A DNA stretch of 55,165 nucleotides from an uncultured Gammaproteobacteria bacterium (GCA_964395115.1 CAYMZX010000013.1:1-55165); one strand, 5' to 3'; numbered from the stretch's first letter, positions 44,501 through 53,401 are shown. Notes: generated by a model not told the origin, from the letters alone. Numbers and translations: made by a program.

Positions 44501-45495
44501 CTTTCCATCTCCGGAGAATATTTCCCTTGCCTTGCTAGTGAAACCAGCTTAGCTCTTTTGTAAAAAACTCCTTGAGCCATCTTAACATTCTCTTCTTTTC
44601 CTCGCCAGCTCTCTAATGGCTCTAATTGGAGAGCGCGGGCGAATGAAAAGGAAAGTTCCCAGGGGGAATCGGATCTTAACTTATTTATTCTATCAAGATT
44701 AGCGGTCGCCTCCTCCGGACTCTGTCCCCCTGAAAGAAAAACGATGCCGGGGACTTCTGAAGGAACAGTCTTGCGCATCGTTCTCAAGGTGGCATGGGCC
44801 ACTTCTAGAGAATCAGCCTTGACATTACTGTCTTTCCCAGGAAGGATCATGTTAGTTTTAAGCAGGAGTTTTTTAAGATCAATACCCGCCATCTTTAATT
44901 CTCTGAACAAATTCGAGAGAACTTCTCTGCTAACCTCTTCACAACGAGCAGTTGTATGATTGCCGTCCATTAATACTTCCGGTTCAACGATTGGGACTAA
45001 ATCATATCCTTGAGATATTTCTGCGTATTTGACCATTCTTTCGATATTTTTCTCTAATGCTTCATTTGACGGGTATATAGACGAAATAACAAAGGGAGCT
45101 CGCCACTTAGTAAAGCCGACTCTCATTTCTTTATATTCTTTTAATCTTTCAGGCAATCCATCAAGTCCTCTGGCAATTTCCTCCGTATCATTTAAGGGCT
45201 CTCTTCCCTCGTCAACTTTTATTCCGGGAATAATTCCTCTCTCAGAAAGATATTCTGGGAAAGGAACCCCCTCGTCGGTTTTTTGTCTTACTGTTTCGTC
45301 AAACATAATTACCCCGCTTAAAAAATTTTCGATTCCTGGGGTAGTAAAAAGCATCTGGCGGTATTGACGGTTTAATTCGGGAGAGGAAACAAGCCCGACA
45401 GCCGCAAATCTTTTTTTGATAGTCCCGGTACTTTCGTCGGCGGCTAAAAGTCCTTTGTGGAGGGGAACTAATTTTTTAGCAATATCGCTTTTCAC
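44497..45495 (-). CDS. fba: Fructose-bisphosphate aldolase, class I
   Basis: GLLAADESTGTIKKRF and a later Schiff-base region (LLKTNM). 4-nt overlaps on both sides. Confidence 0.85.
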   Translation of the reverse strand: MKSDIAKKLVPLHKGLLAADESTGTIKKRFAAVGLVSSPELNRQYRQMLFTTPGIENFLSGVIMFDETVRQKTDEGVPFPEYLSERGIIPGIKVDEGREPLNDTEEIARGLDGLPERLKEYKEMRVGFTKWRAPFVISSIYPSNEALEKNIERMVKYAEISQGYDLVPIVEPEVLMDGNHTTARCEEVSREVLSNLFRELKMAGIDLKKLLLKTNMILPGKDSNVKADSLEVAHATLRTMRKTVPSEVPGIVFLSGGQSPEEATANLDRINKLRSDSPWELSFSFARALQLEPLESWRGKEENVKMAQGVFYKRAKLVSLARQGKYSPEMER

Positions 45496-46487
45496 TTTCC
45501 TTTCTTTATAATAACTTTTTTGACAGCCTCTAATATACCCCCAGATTCCATTTTGTATTTTTCTAAAAGTTCATTAGCTAATCCTGATTCGCCGAAACAA
45601 TCGGGCATTCCTACAAATTCTATTGGCACCGGGTAATTTCTAGCTAAAAGCTCCGAAACCGACCCCCCTAGTCCACCGGCTACCTGATGTTCTTCGGCAG
45701 TTACGATCGCTCCAGTAATCTTTGCCGCCCTAATTATTTCTCGTTCATCAAGTGGTTTTATCGTATGGGAATTAATAACCAAAACTTCGATTGCATTTTT
45801 TTCAAGCTCGCGGGCTGCCAAAAGCGCTTCGTAGACCAAGGGGCCACAGGCAATAATTGCCGCTTGGGGAAATTTCGACTCCCAAAGAATTTCTGCCCTG
45901 CCTATTTTAAAAGGGGTGGCCTCGGTTGTAAAAATCGGGATTTTCTCGCGGGCGAAGCGGATATAGGTAGGTTTTCCGTTTTTGGCTGCTTCGATTATTG
46001 CCTTTTTGGTTTCAATAGTATCCGCCGGGGCAACAACCACTATATTTGGCGTCACCCTCATCAAGGCGATATCTTCCAGCGCCTGGTGGGTAGCTCCGTC
46101 AGGACCGACCGAAATACCAGCGTGAGATCCCACAATTTTAACCGGGACATCGTTAAGGGCAATCGTCGTTCTTATCTGCTCCCAATTTCTACCTGGCGAA
46201 AAAACCGCATAAGAAGAAATAAAGGGAATTTTTCCATAAACTGCCATTCCGGCCGCAATCGTGGCTAATGCTTGTTCGGCCACTCCCGTTTCTATAAATC
46301 GTTCGGAAAATCTTTGTTTAAAAAGGGAACAACGGGTACTTTCAGCCACATCGGCACATAAAACCACAACGTTTTCATCCTTTTCCCCTGCCTCTACCAA
46401 CCCTTCCCCATAGCCCTGTCGAGGGGTTTCCTTTTCAATATCTTTTTGAAAGATGTTTTTGGAAAGATATAATTTTTTGTTAATCAT
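45492..46487 (-). CDS. Transketolase, C-terminal (pyrimidine-binding) subunit
   Basis: RQGYGEGL..., ERFIETGVAEQ, GPDGATHQALEDIA. Confidence 0.88.
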   Translation of the reverse strand: MINKKLYLSKNIFQKDIEKETPRQGYGEGLVEAGEKDENVVVLCADVAESTRCSLFKQRFSERFIETGVAEQALATIAAGMAVYGKIPFISSYAVFSPGRNWEQIRTTIALNDVPVKIVGSHAGISVGPDGATHQALEDIALMRVTPNIVVVAPADTIETKKAIIEAAKNGKPTYIRFAREKIPIFTTEATPFKIGRAEILWESKFPQAAIIACGPLVYEALLAARELEKNAIEVLVINSHTIKPLDEREIIRAAKITGAIVTAEEHQVAGGLGGSVSELLARNYPVPIEFVGMPDCFGESGLANELLEKYKMESGGILEAVKKVIIKKGK

Positions 46488-47335
46488 TTCTGTCCATTTC
46501 TTATTTTCCCTTTTAGTATTTTCAGTTCGTTTAAGGCTTTTCTAGCCTCCTCTTTTGTTGGAGCCTTGCCATGCCATTCGGGAAGATTTTCCATAAAAGA
46601 AACGCCCTTGCCCGGAATGGTGTGGGCAATAATGACAGTCGGGTTCTCATAGACGGCCCTGGCGTGTTCGACCGCATTAATAATCTCCTGAATGTTGTGA
46701 CCGTCGATATCAAGTACGTGCCAATTAAATGATTTATATTTATCAACCAGAGGTTCTAACGGCATAACATCTTCTGTAAAACCGTCTATTTGGATATTGT
46801 TTCGATCAACAAAGACGGTTAAATTGGATAGGTTGTATTTGCCGGCGAACATCACCGCTTCCCAATGATTACCTTCGTCGTGTTCACCGTCGCTGGTTAT
46901 ACAAAAAACTCGAAAGCGGGCATTATCCATTCTGGCGGCGTAGGCAATCCCGGCTGCTTGGGCTAAACCGCACCCTAAAGGACCCGAAGTAGTCTCTACC
47001 CCCGGTAGCCTTAGTCTTTCAGGATGACCTTGGAGAGGGCTACCGAGACTCCGCAACTTCCACAACCATTCTCTAGGAAAATATCCAGCGTGAGCCATCG
47101 CGGCATACCTAGCGGGACAAATATGGCCATTGGAAAGAATTAATCGATCTCGCTCCGGCCAATCTGGTTTTTTTGGGTCGTGATTCAAAATTGAAAAATA
47201 TAGTGCCGTAAAGACTTCGGCCATCCCTAAAGAACCGGCGGAATGACCAGATTTCGCCTTTTGGAGCATTCTTATGATATCGGAGCGAATTTCATTGGCT
47301 TTCTTTTCAAGCTCCGCTAGGGACAGGGTAGACAT
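46484..47335 (-). CDS. Transketolase, N-terminal (TPP-binding) subunit
   Basis: SGHSAGSLGMAE, SNGHICPARYA, TSDGEHDEGNHWEA. Confidence 0.88.
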   Translation of the reverse strand: MSTLSLAELEKKANEIRSDIIRMLQKAKSGHSAGSLGMAEVFTALYFSILNHDPKKPDWPERDRLILSNGHICPARYAAMAHAGYFPREWLWKLRSLGSPLQGHPERLRLPGVETTSGPLGCGLAQAAGIAYAARMDNARFRVFCITSDGEHDEGNHWEAVMFAGKYNLSNLTVFVDRNNIQIDGFTEDVMPLEPLVDKYKSFNWHVLDIDGHNIQEIINAVEHARAVYENPTVIIAHTIPGKGVSFMENLPEWHGKAPTKEEARKALNELKILKGKIRNGQK

Positions 47336-47341
47336 AAAAAC

Positions 47342-47980
47342 TTAAATCTGAAATGGTTTCTCTTCCTTATGAGTATCACTTCTCTCTCTTAATACTTCTT
47401 CTAAATGCAGAATGGCTTTATATGCCTCTTCTGGCGTCTTGACAACCTTATAAACTTTAAGTTCTTCCGGTCTAATCCTCATGTTTTCCACGAAAGTTTT
47501 GATAATGTTATTCCAAAAGTCTCCGTAAAGAAGTAGGGGCTTATGATGGCCAAAATAGAGACGGGCCAAACCCCAGGCCATTCCAAATTCGCTGATGGTT
47601 CCCGTTCCCCCTCGAAAGATAACGTAAGCATCTCCCAATTCCAAAAGCTTTAGGGTCCTCTCTAAATAGTTTTTGGTCTTGATTTCGATATCGAACGGGT
47701 TATCCAAATCCCTTCCTTCAAAATTAGTTATATTTTTGGGGTAAAAAGTAATCCCCACCGCCGTCCCCTTAGCTGCCTTCGCTCCCTCTGAAACCGCCCG
47801 CATTGTCCCGGGTCCCCCACCATTGATAGCAACAAAGCCCTTCCCGGTCAAATATTTAGATACCTCAAAAGCCTCCTGGTACAGCGGGTCATTGGGGGCA
47901 GCGTCGGCAAACCCAAAATAGGAAATTTGCCTTATCTTTCTTTTTAGAAAATCTTTTTCAACCATAAGTTGCCTTGACAA
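47342..47980 (-). CDS. LOG / TIGR00730-family protein (nucleotide 5'-monophosphate nucleosidase-like)
   Basis: GGGPGTMRAVSEGA and FRGGTGTISEF (PGGxGTxxE motif). Confidence 0.75.
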   Translation of the reverse strand: MSRQLMVEKDFLKRKIRQISYFGFADAAPNDPLYQEAFEVSKYLTGKGFVAINGGGPGTMRAVSEGAKAAKGTAVGITFYPKNITNFEGRDLDNPFDIEIKTKNYLERTLKLLELGDAYVIFRGGTGTISEFGMAWGLARLYFGHHKPLLLYGDFWNNIIKTFVENMRIRPEELKVYKVVKTPEEAYKAILHLEEVLRERSDTHKEEKPFQI

Positions 47981-48605
47981 ACATTTCTAAATTATCTTCA
48001 ATATCACCCTCAAAAATCCTTCTTCCGATAGCTACTTCGTCGGCGCCGGCGGTTACTACCTTTTTTATATTATCCTCCTTTATTCCGCCGTCGACGCAGA
48101 TTCTGAAAGGGGTATCGTCTCTTGCTCTTATCTCATCAAGTTTTTTTATTTTATCAATTACTCGATCGTCCCACTTCTGTCCTCCAAAGCCCGCCTTGAC
48201 GCTCATCAACAAAACCACGTCCAAACTACTAAGCGCTGCTGGATCAAGCTTTTCCAATGCCGTATCGATATCAACTGCCAGACCAACGGAAATTCCCACC
48301 TCCTGAGCCTTACCGACAAAAGCCAGCTGGTTTTCCATCAGTTCGATTTGACCAATAATCCTTGAGGCTCCCCCGCGGACCGTCCTTTCAACCCAGTCGA
48401 TCGGCTCTTTGGTCATCAGATGGAAATCCAGATCCAAGTCAGTCTCGATTTTTTCTAGAGCCACGGGGTCGAGGGTTCTATTAGCGGCAAAAACTCCATC
48501 CAAGATATCTATCTGGACTCTTTTAACCAAGTTTTCGACTAAGGCTATTTTTTCTTCGATCTCTCTGATATCCGTTGTCAAGATTGTGGGTATTATTTCG
48601 ACCAT
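47958..48605 (-). CDS. rpe: Ribulose-phosphate 3-epimerase-like TIM-barrel protein
   Basis: IIPTILT...VQIDILDGVFA..., HLM and VDGGI motifs. Divergent from the canonical Rpe. Confidence 0.6.
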   Translation of the reverse strand: MVEIIPTILTTDIREIEEKIALVENLVKRVQIDILDGVFAANRTLDPVALEKIETDLDLDFHLMTKEPIDWVERTVRGGASRIIGQIELMENQLAFVGKAQEVGISVGLAVDIDTALEKLDPAALSSLDVVLLMSVKAGFGGQKWDDRVIDKIKKLDEIRARDDTPFRICVDGGIKEDNIKKVVTAGADEVAIGRRIFEGDIEDNLEMFVKATYG

Positions 48606-49705
48606 GAAAGAGTAATCGAATCGGTCGGTGCCCGATTCACGCCCTCGGATAAAGTTCTACCAACGCGAATTACTTGCTCGATAAGTCTATTGGCATAACC
48701 CCACTCATTATCATACCAAGCAAAAACCTTAACTAGATTTCCTCCTATCACTTGGGTCAAGGATAAGTCAACTATTGCCGATTCGCTACGTCCAATAATA
48801 TCTGATGAAACTAGCGGTTCTTCAGAAACGGCGAGGATTCCTTTATAGAGCGGGTTGTTGGCCGCCTCTTTGAAGACCTGATTTACCTCTTCAATGGTTG
48901 TATCTTTCTTCAACACCACTGCCATATCGATGATAGAGCCTGTTATAACAGGCACTCTAAGCGCCCGACCATCAAACAAACCTTTAAGGTCGGGAATTGT
49001 TTCCGTTGTAGAAATTGCCGCTCCGGTAGTAGTGGGGACAATATTCTGGGCTGCGGCTCGAGCCCGTCTGAGATCTTGATGTGAATTGTCTTGAAGATTC
49101 TGGTCGTCGGTATAACCATGAGCGGTAGTCATCGCCGCTTTTTCTATCCCGAATTTTGAATGTAAAACTGTTACTAAAGGGGCGGCACAATTGGTTGTAC
49201 AGGATGAATTCGATAAAATTTCTGCTTCTCCCTTGTATTCATTAACCCCCAAGATAAAAGTACCAACGTTTCCTCCTTTTACGGGAGCGGAGATTACAAC
49301 TCTTTTAGCCCCCCCCAGGCCATGTTTCTTGGCATCCTCTTCGGTGGTAAACCTTCCGGTTGACTCTATAACCACTTCGACTTGAAATTTCGACCAAGGA
49401 ATTTTGGCAGGGTCTTTTTGGGCCAAAATGGGAATTCTTTTGCCATCAACCAATAAGTTTCCTATTTGGGGATCGTCATCAGTCGCCTCCTTGGCCTTCT
49501 TTATTTCCTCCGCCCTGACCTCTTTCTCAAACTTCCGATAAACGGTGTCGTAGTTGACCAGATGGGCCCAACCGGCTGTATCCATGCTTCCCGAAGTATT
49601 GATGGCAGTAAATTCCAATTCACCGGCATGCTTGAGAAGTCCAATTCTAAAAGCAATCCTTCCGATCCGTCCAAAACCATTGATTCCTACTTTAACCATA
49701 GCCAC
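48593..49705 (-). CDS. gap: Glyceraldehyde-3-phosphate dehydrogenase, type I
   Basis: VKVGINGFGRIGR and active site SNSSCTTNCAAP, then WYDNEWGY. Confidence 0.92.
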   Translation of the reverse strand: MAMVKVGINGFGRIGRIAFRIGLLKHAGELEFTAINTSGSMDTAGWAHLVNYDTVYRKFEKEVRAEEIKKAKEATDDDPQIGNLLVDGKRIPILAQKDPAKIPWSKFQVEVVIESTGRFTTEEDAKKHGLGGAKRVVISAPVKGGNVGTFILGVNEYKGEAEILSNSSCTTNCAAPLVTVLHSKFGIEKAAMTTAHGYTDDQNLQDNSHQDLRRARAAAQNIVPTTTGAAISTTETIPDLKGLFDGRALRVPVITGSIIDMAVVLKKDTTIEEVNQVFKEAANNPLYKGILAVSEEPLVSSDIIGRSESAIVDLSLTQVIGGNLVKVFAWYDNEWGYANRLIEQVIRVGRTLSEGVNRAPTDSITLSWSK

Positions 49706-49708
49706 AAT

Positions 49709-50710
49709 TTAGTTTAACAGGGCTTCAATTCCCGGTAAAGTACGCCTTGATAAAAATTCGAGCATAGCTCCACCACCCGCCGATATCCAATCAAATTTAT
49801 CTTCTAATCCCAGAATTTTGATTGCCCTTTCCGTTTCGCCCCCTCCGGCAACCTTAAAGGCAGCTGAGTTAGCCACTGCTTCAAAGACTCTTTTCGTTCC
49901 CAGTCTATGTCCTTCCTCTTCAAACTTACCGACGGGGCCAGCTAGAAGGATAGTTCCCGCCCGGAAGCAATCGGTTACTATTTTTTCGATTGAATTAATA
50001 GTGATATCTTCTTTATCCGGTAATAAATTAGCTATGCTTATTTTAGAATCGTCTGTCTCTTCTCTAAATTTCGGGAGGGCGCCGGTGAGATATATTTTAT
50101 CGGCCAATGTACTCAAGCCGTCAAGGTACGCGAGTTTATCCTCCTTGGCGCCGCCGATAATAACCAATACCGGTCTTTTCGGACTTTCAATAATTTTTTT
50201 CAGGTTTTCGACTTCCTGGCTAAAATGCAATCCGGCGGCCCGCGGTAAAAACCTAGGGATTCCGACAATAGAGGCGTGAGGACGATGACTGGCCGCAAAA
50301 GCTTCGTTCACATATAATTTGGCTAAAAGAGATAGTGATTTGGCAAAATCAAGGTCATTTTTTTCCTCTCGAGGGTCAAATCTTAAGTTTTCCAGCATCA
50401 TTATTTCGCCATTCTTTAGTTTCTCTGCTTCTTTTCTTGCTTCCTCTCCGACAATATCCGCCACGAATTTTATTTTTGTCGATAAAAGCCCCGCCAGTCT
50501 TTCGGAAACCGCGGCCAAAGAAAATTCCGCCGAAGGTCTACCCTGTGGCCTTCCTTTGTGGCCAATGATAACTACACTGGCCCCTCTCTCGAGAAGAAGT
50601 TTAAGAGTGGGCCGTAAAAGCTCCAAGCGAGATTCATCTTTGTCAACGTCCAAATCTCCCCTCAGAAGCACTCTTATACCCAAATCGCGGGGAATTGATG
50701 GTAGTTCCAT
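49709..50710 (-). CDS. pgk: Phosphoglycerate kinase (compact, 333 aa)
   Basis: LLRGDLDV, IGHKGRP, ENLRFDPREE, NEAFAASHRPHAS, IIGGAKEDK, AGGGETE. Confidence 0.8.
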   Translation of the reverse strand: MELPSIPRDLGIRVLLRGDLDVDKDESRLELLRPTLKLLLERGASVVIIGHKGRPQGRPSAEFSLAAVSERLAGLLSTKIKFVADIVGEEARKEAEKLKNGEIMMLENLRFDPREEKNDLDFAKSLSLLAKLYVNEAFAASHRPHASIVGIPRFLPRAAGLHFSQEVENLKKIIESPKRPVLVIIGGAKEDKLAYLDGLSTLADKIYLTGALPKFREETDDSKISIANLLPDKEDITINSIEKIVTDCFRAGTILLAGPVGKFEEEGHRLGTKRVFEAVANSAAFKVAGGGETERAIKILGLEDKFDWISAGGGAMLEFLSRRTLPGIEALLN

Positions 50711-50713
50711 GAT

Positions 50714-51163
50714 CTAATTATTGGCTTCTTGTTTTTTTATCTGGAACAACCTTCTTTTGTATTTTTCTTTTCTGGCAAAAGGGGTTGCCAAAAAGACTTT
50801 TATCATCTCTTTAGCCTCCTTGTCTTTGGTATAATCAGCGGCCAAGACCAAAACATTCATGTCATCATCGTTTCTACCTGCTTTTACTTGTTCTTTAGAT
50901 TTTCCAATCGAGGCTCGGACCCCATCTATTTTATTAACGGAAATGTCGGCCCCCACTCCGCTTCCGCAAGAAAGTATTCCTCGGGCATTTTTTTCCTTGC
51001 TGACAATTGAACCGACCTTTTCGGCATACAAAGGATAGTCGTCGTTAGGATCGAATTTGTAAGCTCCTAAGTCTTGCCATTCTTTTCCCCACTTTGTCAG
51101 CCAAGTCTTAATCTTTTCCTTCAAAGTGAAGCCACGATGATCAGCGCCTAAGTAAATTTTCAT
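50714..51163 (-). CDS. rpiB: Ribose-5-phosphate isomerase B
   Basis: MKIYLGADHRGFTLKEKI and CGSGVGADISVNK. Confidence 0.88.
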   Translation of the reverse strand: MKIYLGADHRGFTLKEKIKTWLTKWGKEWQDLGAYKFDPNDDYPLYAEKVGSIVSKEKNARGILSCGSGVGADISVNKIDGVRASIGKSKEQVKAGRNDDDMNVLVLAADYTKDKEAKEMIKVFLATPFARKEKYKRRLFQIKKQEANN

Positions 51164-51175
51164 TTTTTTATCCTC

Positions 51176-51838
51176 CTAGGCAGTAAAACCCTCGGTTAAA
51201 TCCTCTATTTCTCGACGAGGATCCTCCGCCTTCACCACGTCAGTGGCCACCGCCACGCCGACTGCTCCCAACTCCAAACTCCTTTTAACATCATCCCTAG
51301 AATTGATTCCTGCCCCAACAATAAGAGGAACTCCTGCTTCTTTGGCTAAGACTGACGCCTTGGCGATTACTCCCGGCTCGGCTTCAGCTACGGATACTTC
51401 GGTACTACCAATCAACTCGGGAGGCTCGTAGGCAGCAAAAGTGGGTTTAAGTTCCAAAACTCTTTTCAGCTCGTCCATATCCCCGGCAAAAATCATTGTT
51501 TTCAGATCCACTTCCCGGCAACGCAGGGTGGCTTTGATTAATTGCCCCCAGTCGTCAAATTTGCGCTCGGAGTGGTTTAGAAACACCCCACGGATACCAA
51601 TTCTAACGGCTTCCTCGGGAAGGGTCGACCCCGTATGGGGACCATAGGAAACCGGATCGATATGTTGTATCCAGACCTCAAGACGCGTCGAGTTGACCAC
51701 CAACTCGGCATCGATTATCTGAACAACGGGAATTATTTTGACTTGGGTAGCGTGGGATACTTCCTCCAAAATCCTGGTTAAAGCCACTGCTTTGTGTCCA
51801 CTTCCTTGTTCGTAAGTCTTAAAATTTACAAAAATCAT
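51176..51838 (-). CDS. tpiA: Triosephosphate isomerase, short archaeal-type
   Basis: 220 aa. MIFVNFKTYEQGSG, LNHSERK and VGAGI resemble archaeal TIM rather than the ~250-aa bacterial form. Confidence 0.7.
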   Translation of the reverse strand: MIFVNFKTYEQGSGHKAVALTRILEEVSHATQVKIIPVVQIIDAELVVNSTRLEVWIQHIDPVSYGPHTGSTLPEEAVRIGIRGVFLNHSERKFDDWGQLIKATLRCREVDLKTMIFAGDMDELKRVLELKPTFAAYEPPELIGSTEVSVAEAEPGVIAKASVLAKEAGVPLIVGAGINSRDDVKRSLELGAVGVAVATDVVKAEDPRREIEDLTEGFTA

Positions 51839-52092
51839 TCTTGGATACCGAGTACGGCGTTTATTTTTCCTTTGTCAAAACCGACAATTTTTTCTTTCGT
51901 TCCATCGTCTTTGGTAACAACCGTAAAGGGTACCCCCAGAAAACCGCCCGAATTTTCCATCATCTCATCTCTGGCGGCTTCGTCTTGATCGACTAATTTT
52001 TCAATGTAAGTAATATTTCTAGCCGTCAAATAGTCCTTGAGCATCTTGCAATAAGGACAGGTGGTTGTCGAATAAATGATTATTTGCGACAT
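51835..52092 (-). CDS. Glutaredoxin-family protein (NrdH/YruB-like)
   Basis: IIIYSTTTCPYCKMLKDYL and GVPFTVV; 85 aa. Confidence 0.85.
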   Translation of the reverse strand: MSQIIIYSTTTCPYCKMLKDYLTARNITYIEKLVDQDEAARDEMMENSGGFLGVPFTVVTKDDGTKEKIVGFDKGKINAVLGIQE

Positions 52093-52093
52093 T

Positions 52094-52525
52094 TTACCTC
52101 ACCTCCAATTGTCCTTTCATTCCCATTTCTTCATGATTTCCTAAACTACAGTATATCTCATAAATCCCAGTCGCTGGAGCGGTAAATTCCAAAATATCCT
52201 CTTCGCCCGGTCCTATGGTTTTGCTGGTAACATTAACTCCATCAATAACCAAATTGTGAAGAGAAAATCCTTGATTTTTGAAAATTATTTTTACTTTCTG
52301 ACCTGAGGAAACGGTTAAGGCGGCCGGTTCGAATGAGTACTCTTTCCCGATAATTGTTATCAATTGGACGCTTTCATCGCTTGAGGGTCGGGGCGTTGAT
52401 TCTTCCTTTTTATTGGAAGTTTTAGGGAGACCTTGCGTTGTCGAAAGAAGATAAATAACCGCCAAGATAAATCCAATAATGACTCCCAAAACTAACCATA
52501 TCTTTTTATCCGCCATAAATTTCAA
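52094..52525 (-). CDS. Membrane-anchored cupredoxin (type-1 copper) domain protein
   Basis: N-terminal TM helix. Ligand pattern H (FSLHNLV) ... YCSLGNHEEMGMKGQLEV (Cys, His, Met). Confidence 0.7.
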   Translation of the reverse strand: MKFMADKKIWLVLGVIIGFILAVIYLLSTTQGLPKTSNKKEESTPRPSSDESVQLITIIGKEYSFEPAALTVSSGQKVKIIFKNQGFSLHNLVIDGVNVTSKTIGPGEEDILEFTAPATGIYEIYCSLGNHEEMGMKGQLEVR

Positions 52526-52580
52526 ATAAGATTCTTCGGGGTTAATACCGATCCTTTTTTAATTTACCACAAAACGAAGA

Positions 52581-53075
52581 TTAGAAGGAGCCCTCTAGAA
52601 TGTGCGTTTCCGGCTTTCCGTCATTTATTTTTTCTAGGGTAATAACTACTTTCTTGTAATCTGAATAATCTTTATTTGACTCAAATTCAAGTAGATACCC
52701 GCCTTTGGCAATCCTCATCTTTCCGGTTGAAACATATGCAAAATTAGCATCCCCCTCATTTCCCCTCACCAACCAGCCTTCATAATAACCGTCTACTTCT
52801 GGATCAGTCAAGTCGGCCAAAACCGCGTGACTGAAACGGCCCGATTGATACTTTCTGGTGGCAATACCGCTTCCTGTTCCGCCCGAAACGTCGTTCAATT
52901 CGGCTTTTTCAACATCTTCAGGAATCTCAAAATTGAATGTTTTTTCAATTTTTTCTTCAACTGACGGAGTCGCCAATGGAAGAGGTTTGGGGGTCCTGGT
53001 CCGCCTGATTGCAACAATGGCGCCGGCCAAAACTGCCAAAATTATAAGTCCAATTACTATATCCCGACCTTTCAT
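52581..53075 (-). CDS. Membrane-anchored protein, C-terminal domain resembling the anti-sigma-K RskA extracytoplasmic domain
   Basis: TM helix (IVIGLIILAVLAGAIVAI), then YYEGWLVRG...VVITLEKINDGKPETHILEG. Leaderless-type promoter TTGACA-17-TACTTT-6 nt-ATG upstream (53118-53076). Confidence 0.35.
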   Translation of the reverse strand: MKGRDIVIGLIILAVLAGAIVAIRRTRTPKPLPLATPSVEEKIEKTFNFEIPEDVEKAELNDVSGGTGSGIATRKYQSGRFSHAVLADLTDPEVDGYYEGWLVRGNEGDANFAYVSTGKMRIAKGGYLLEFESNKDYSDYKKVVITLEKINDGKPETHILEGSF

Positions 53076-53162
53076 ACCCGAAAAGTATCACGACCCTATC
53101 ATTTTGTCAAACTTCCACATAATAATTCCCGCACATTCCCCGCAAAATTACCGCATGCCTTT

Positions 53163-53336
53163 TCAGGAAAGTTTTGCATATACTCCGAAAAGCGCCAAAA
53201 CCGCGGCCACCAAAAGCCATTGAGTCGAAGCTAACCAAATATCGTATCCTAGATAACCGATGCCGGAAAGGATCACGGCAGTAATCGAAAGTGCCATTAA
53301 TAATTTTGACAACTTGTTAAGATCGTTCTTCTTCAT
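53163..53336 (-). CDS. Small (57-aa) two-TM membrane protein, below the ORF-track cutoff
   Basis: My translation: MKKNDLNKLSKLLMALSITAVILSGIGYLGYDIWLASTQWLLVAAVLALFGVYAKLS. ATG 53336 is preceded by the strong SD GGGGGTGAG. Confidence 0.5.
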   Translation of the reverse strand: MKKNDLNKLSKLLMALSITAVILSGIGYLGYDIWLASTQWLLVAAVLALFGVYAKLS

Positions 53337-53373
53337 TCATCTCACCCCCTCTTTTTTTATTCTAACATAGCCC

Positions 53374-53401
53374 TTGACATTAGATTCCAAAAAAGCATAA
53401 T
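53374..53401 (+). promoter_or_regulatory. Promoter driving the riboswitch leader
   Basis: TTGACA (53374-53379), 16 nt spacer, CATAAT (53396-53401). The predicted start lies just before the P1 helix. Confidence 0.55.

Noticed and set aside
45687-46268. A 193-aa plus-strand ORF, and many similar 60-150-aa ORFs antisense to large genes (for example 29521-29973, 49818-50279, 50319-50717, 3276-3704).
   Set aside because: All lie fully inside well-supported genes on the other strand. Their compositions are low-complexity or skewed, and they lack SD sequences. They are typical shadow ORFs.
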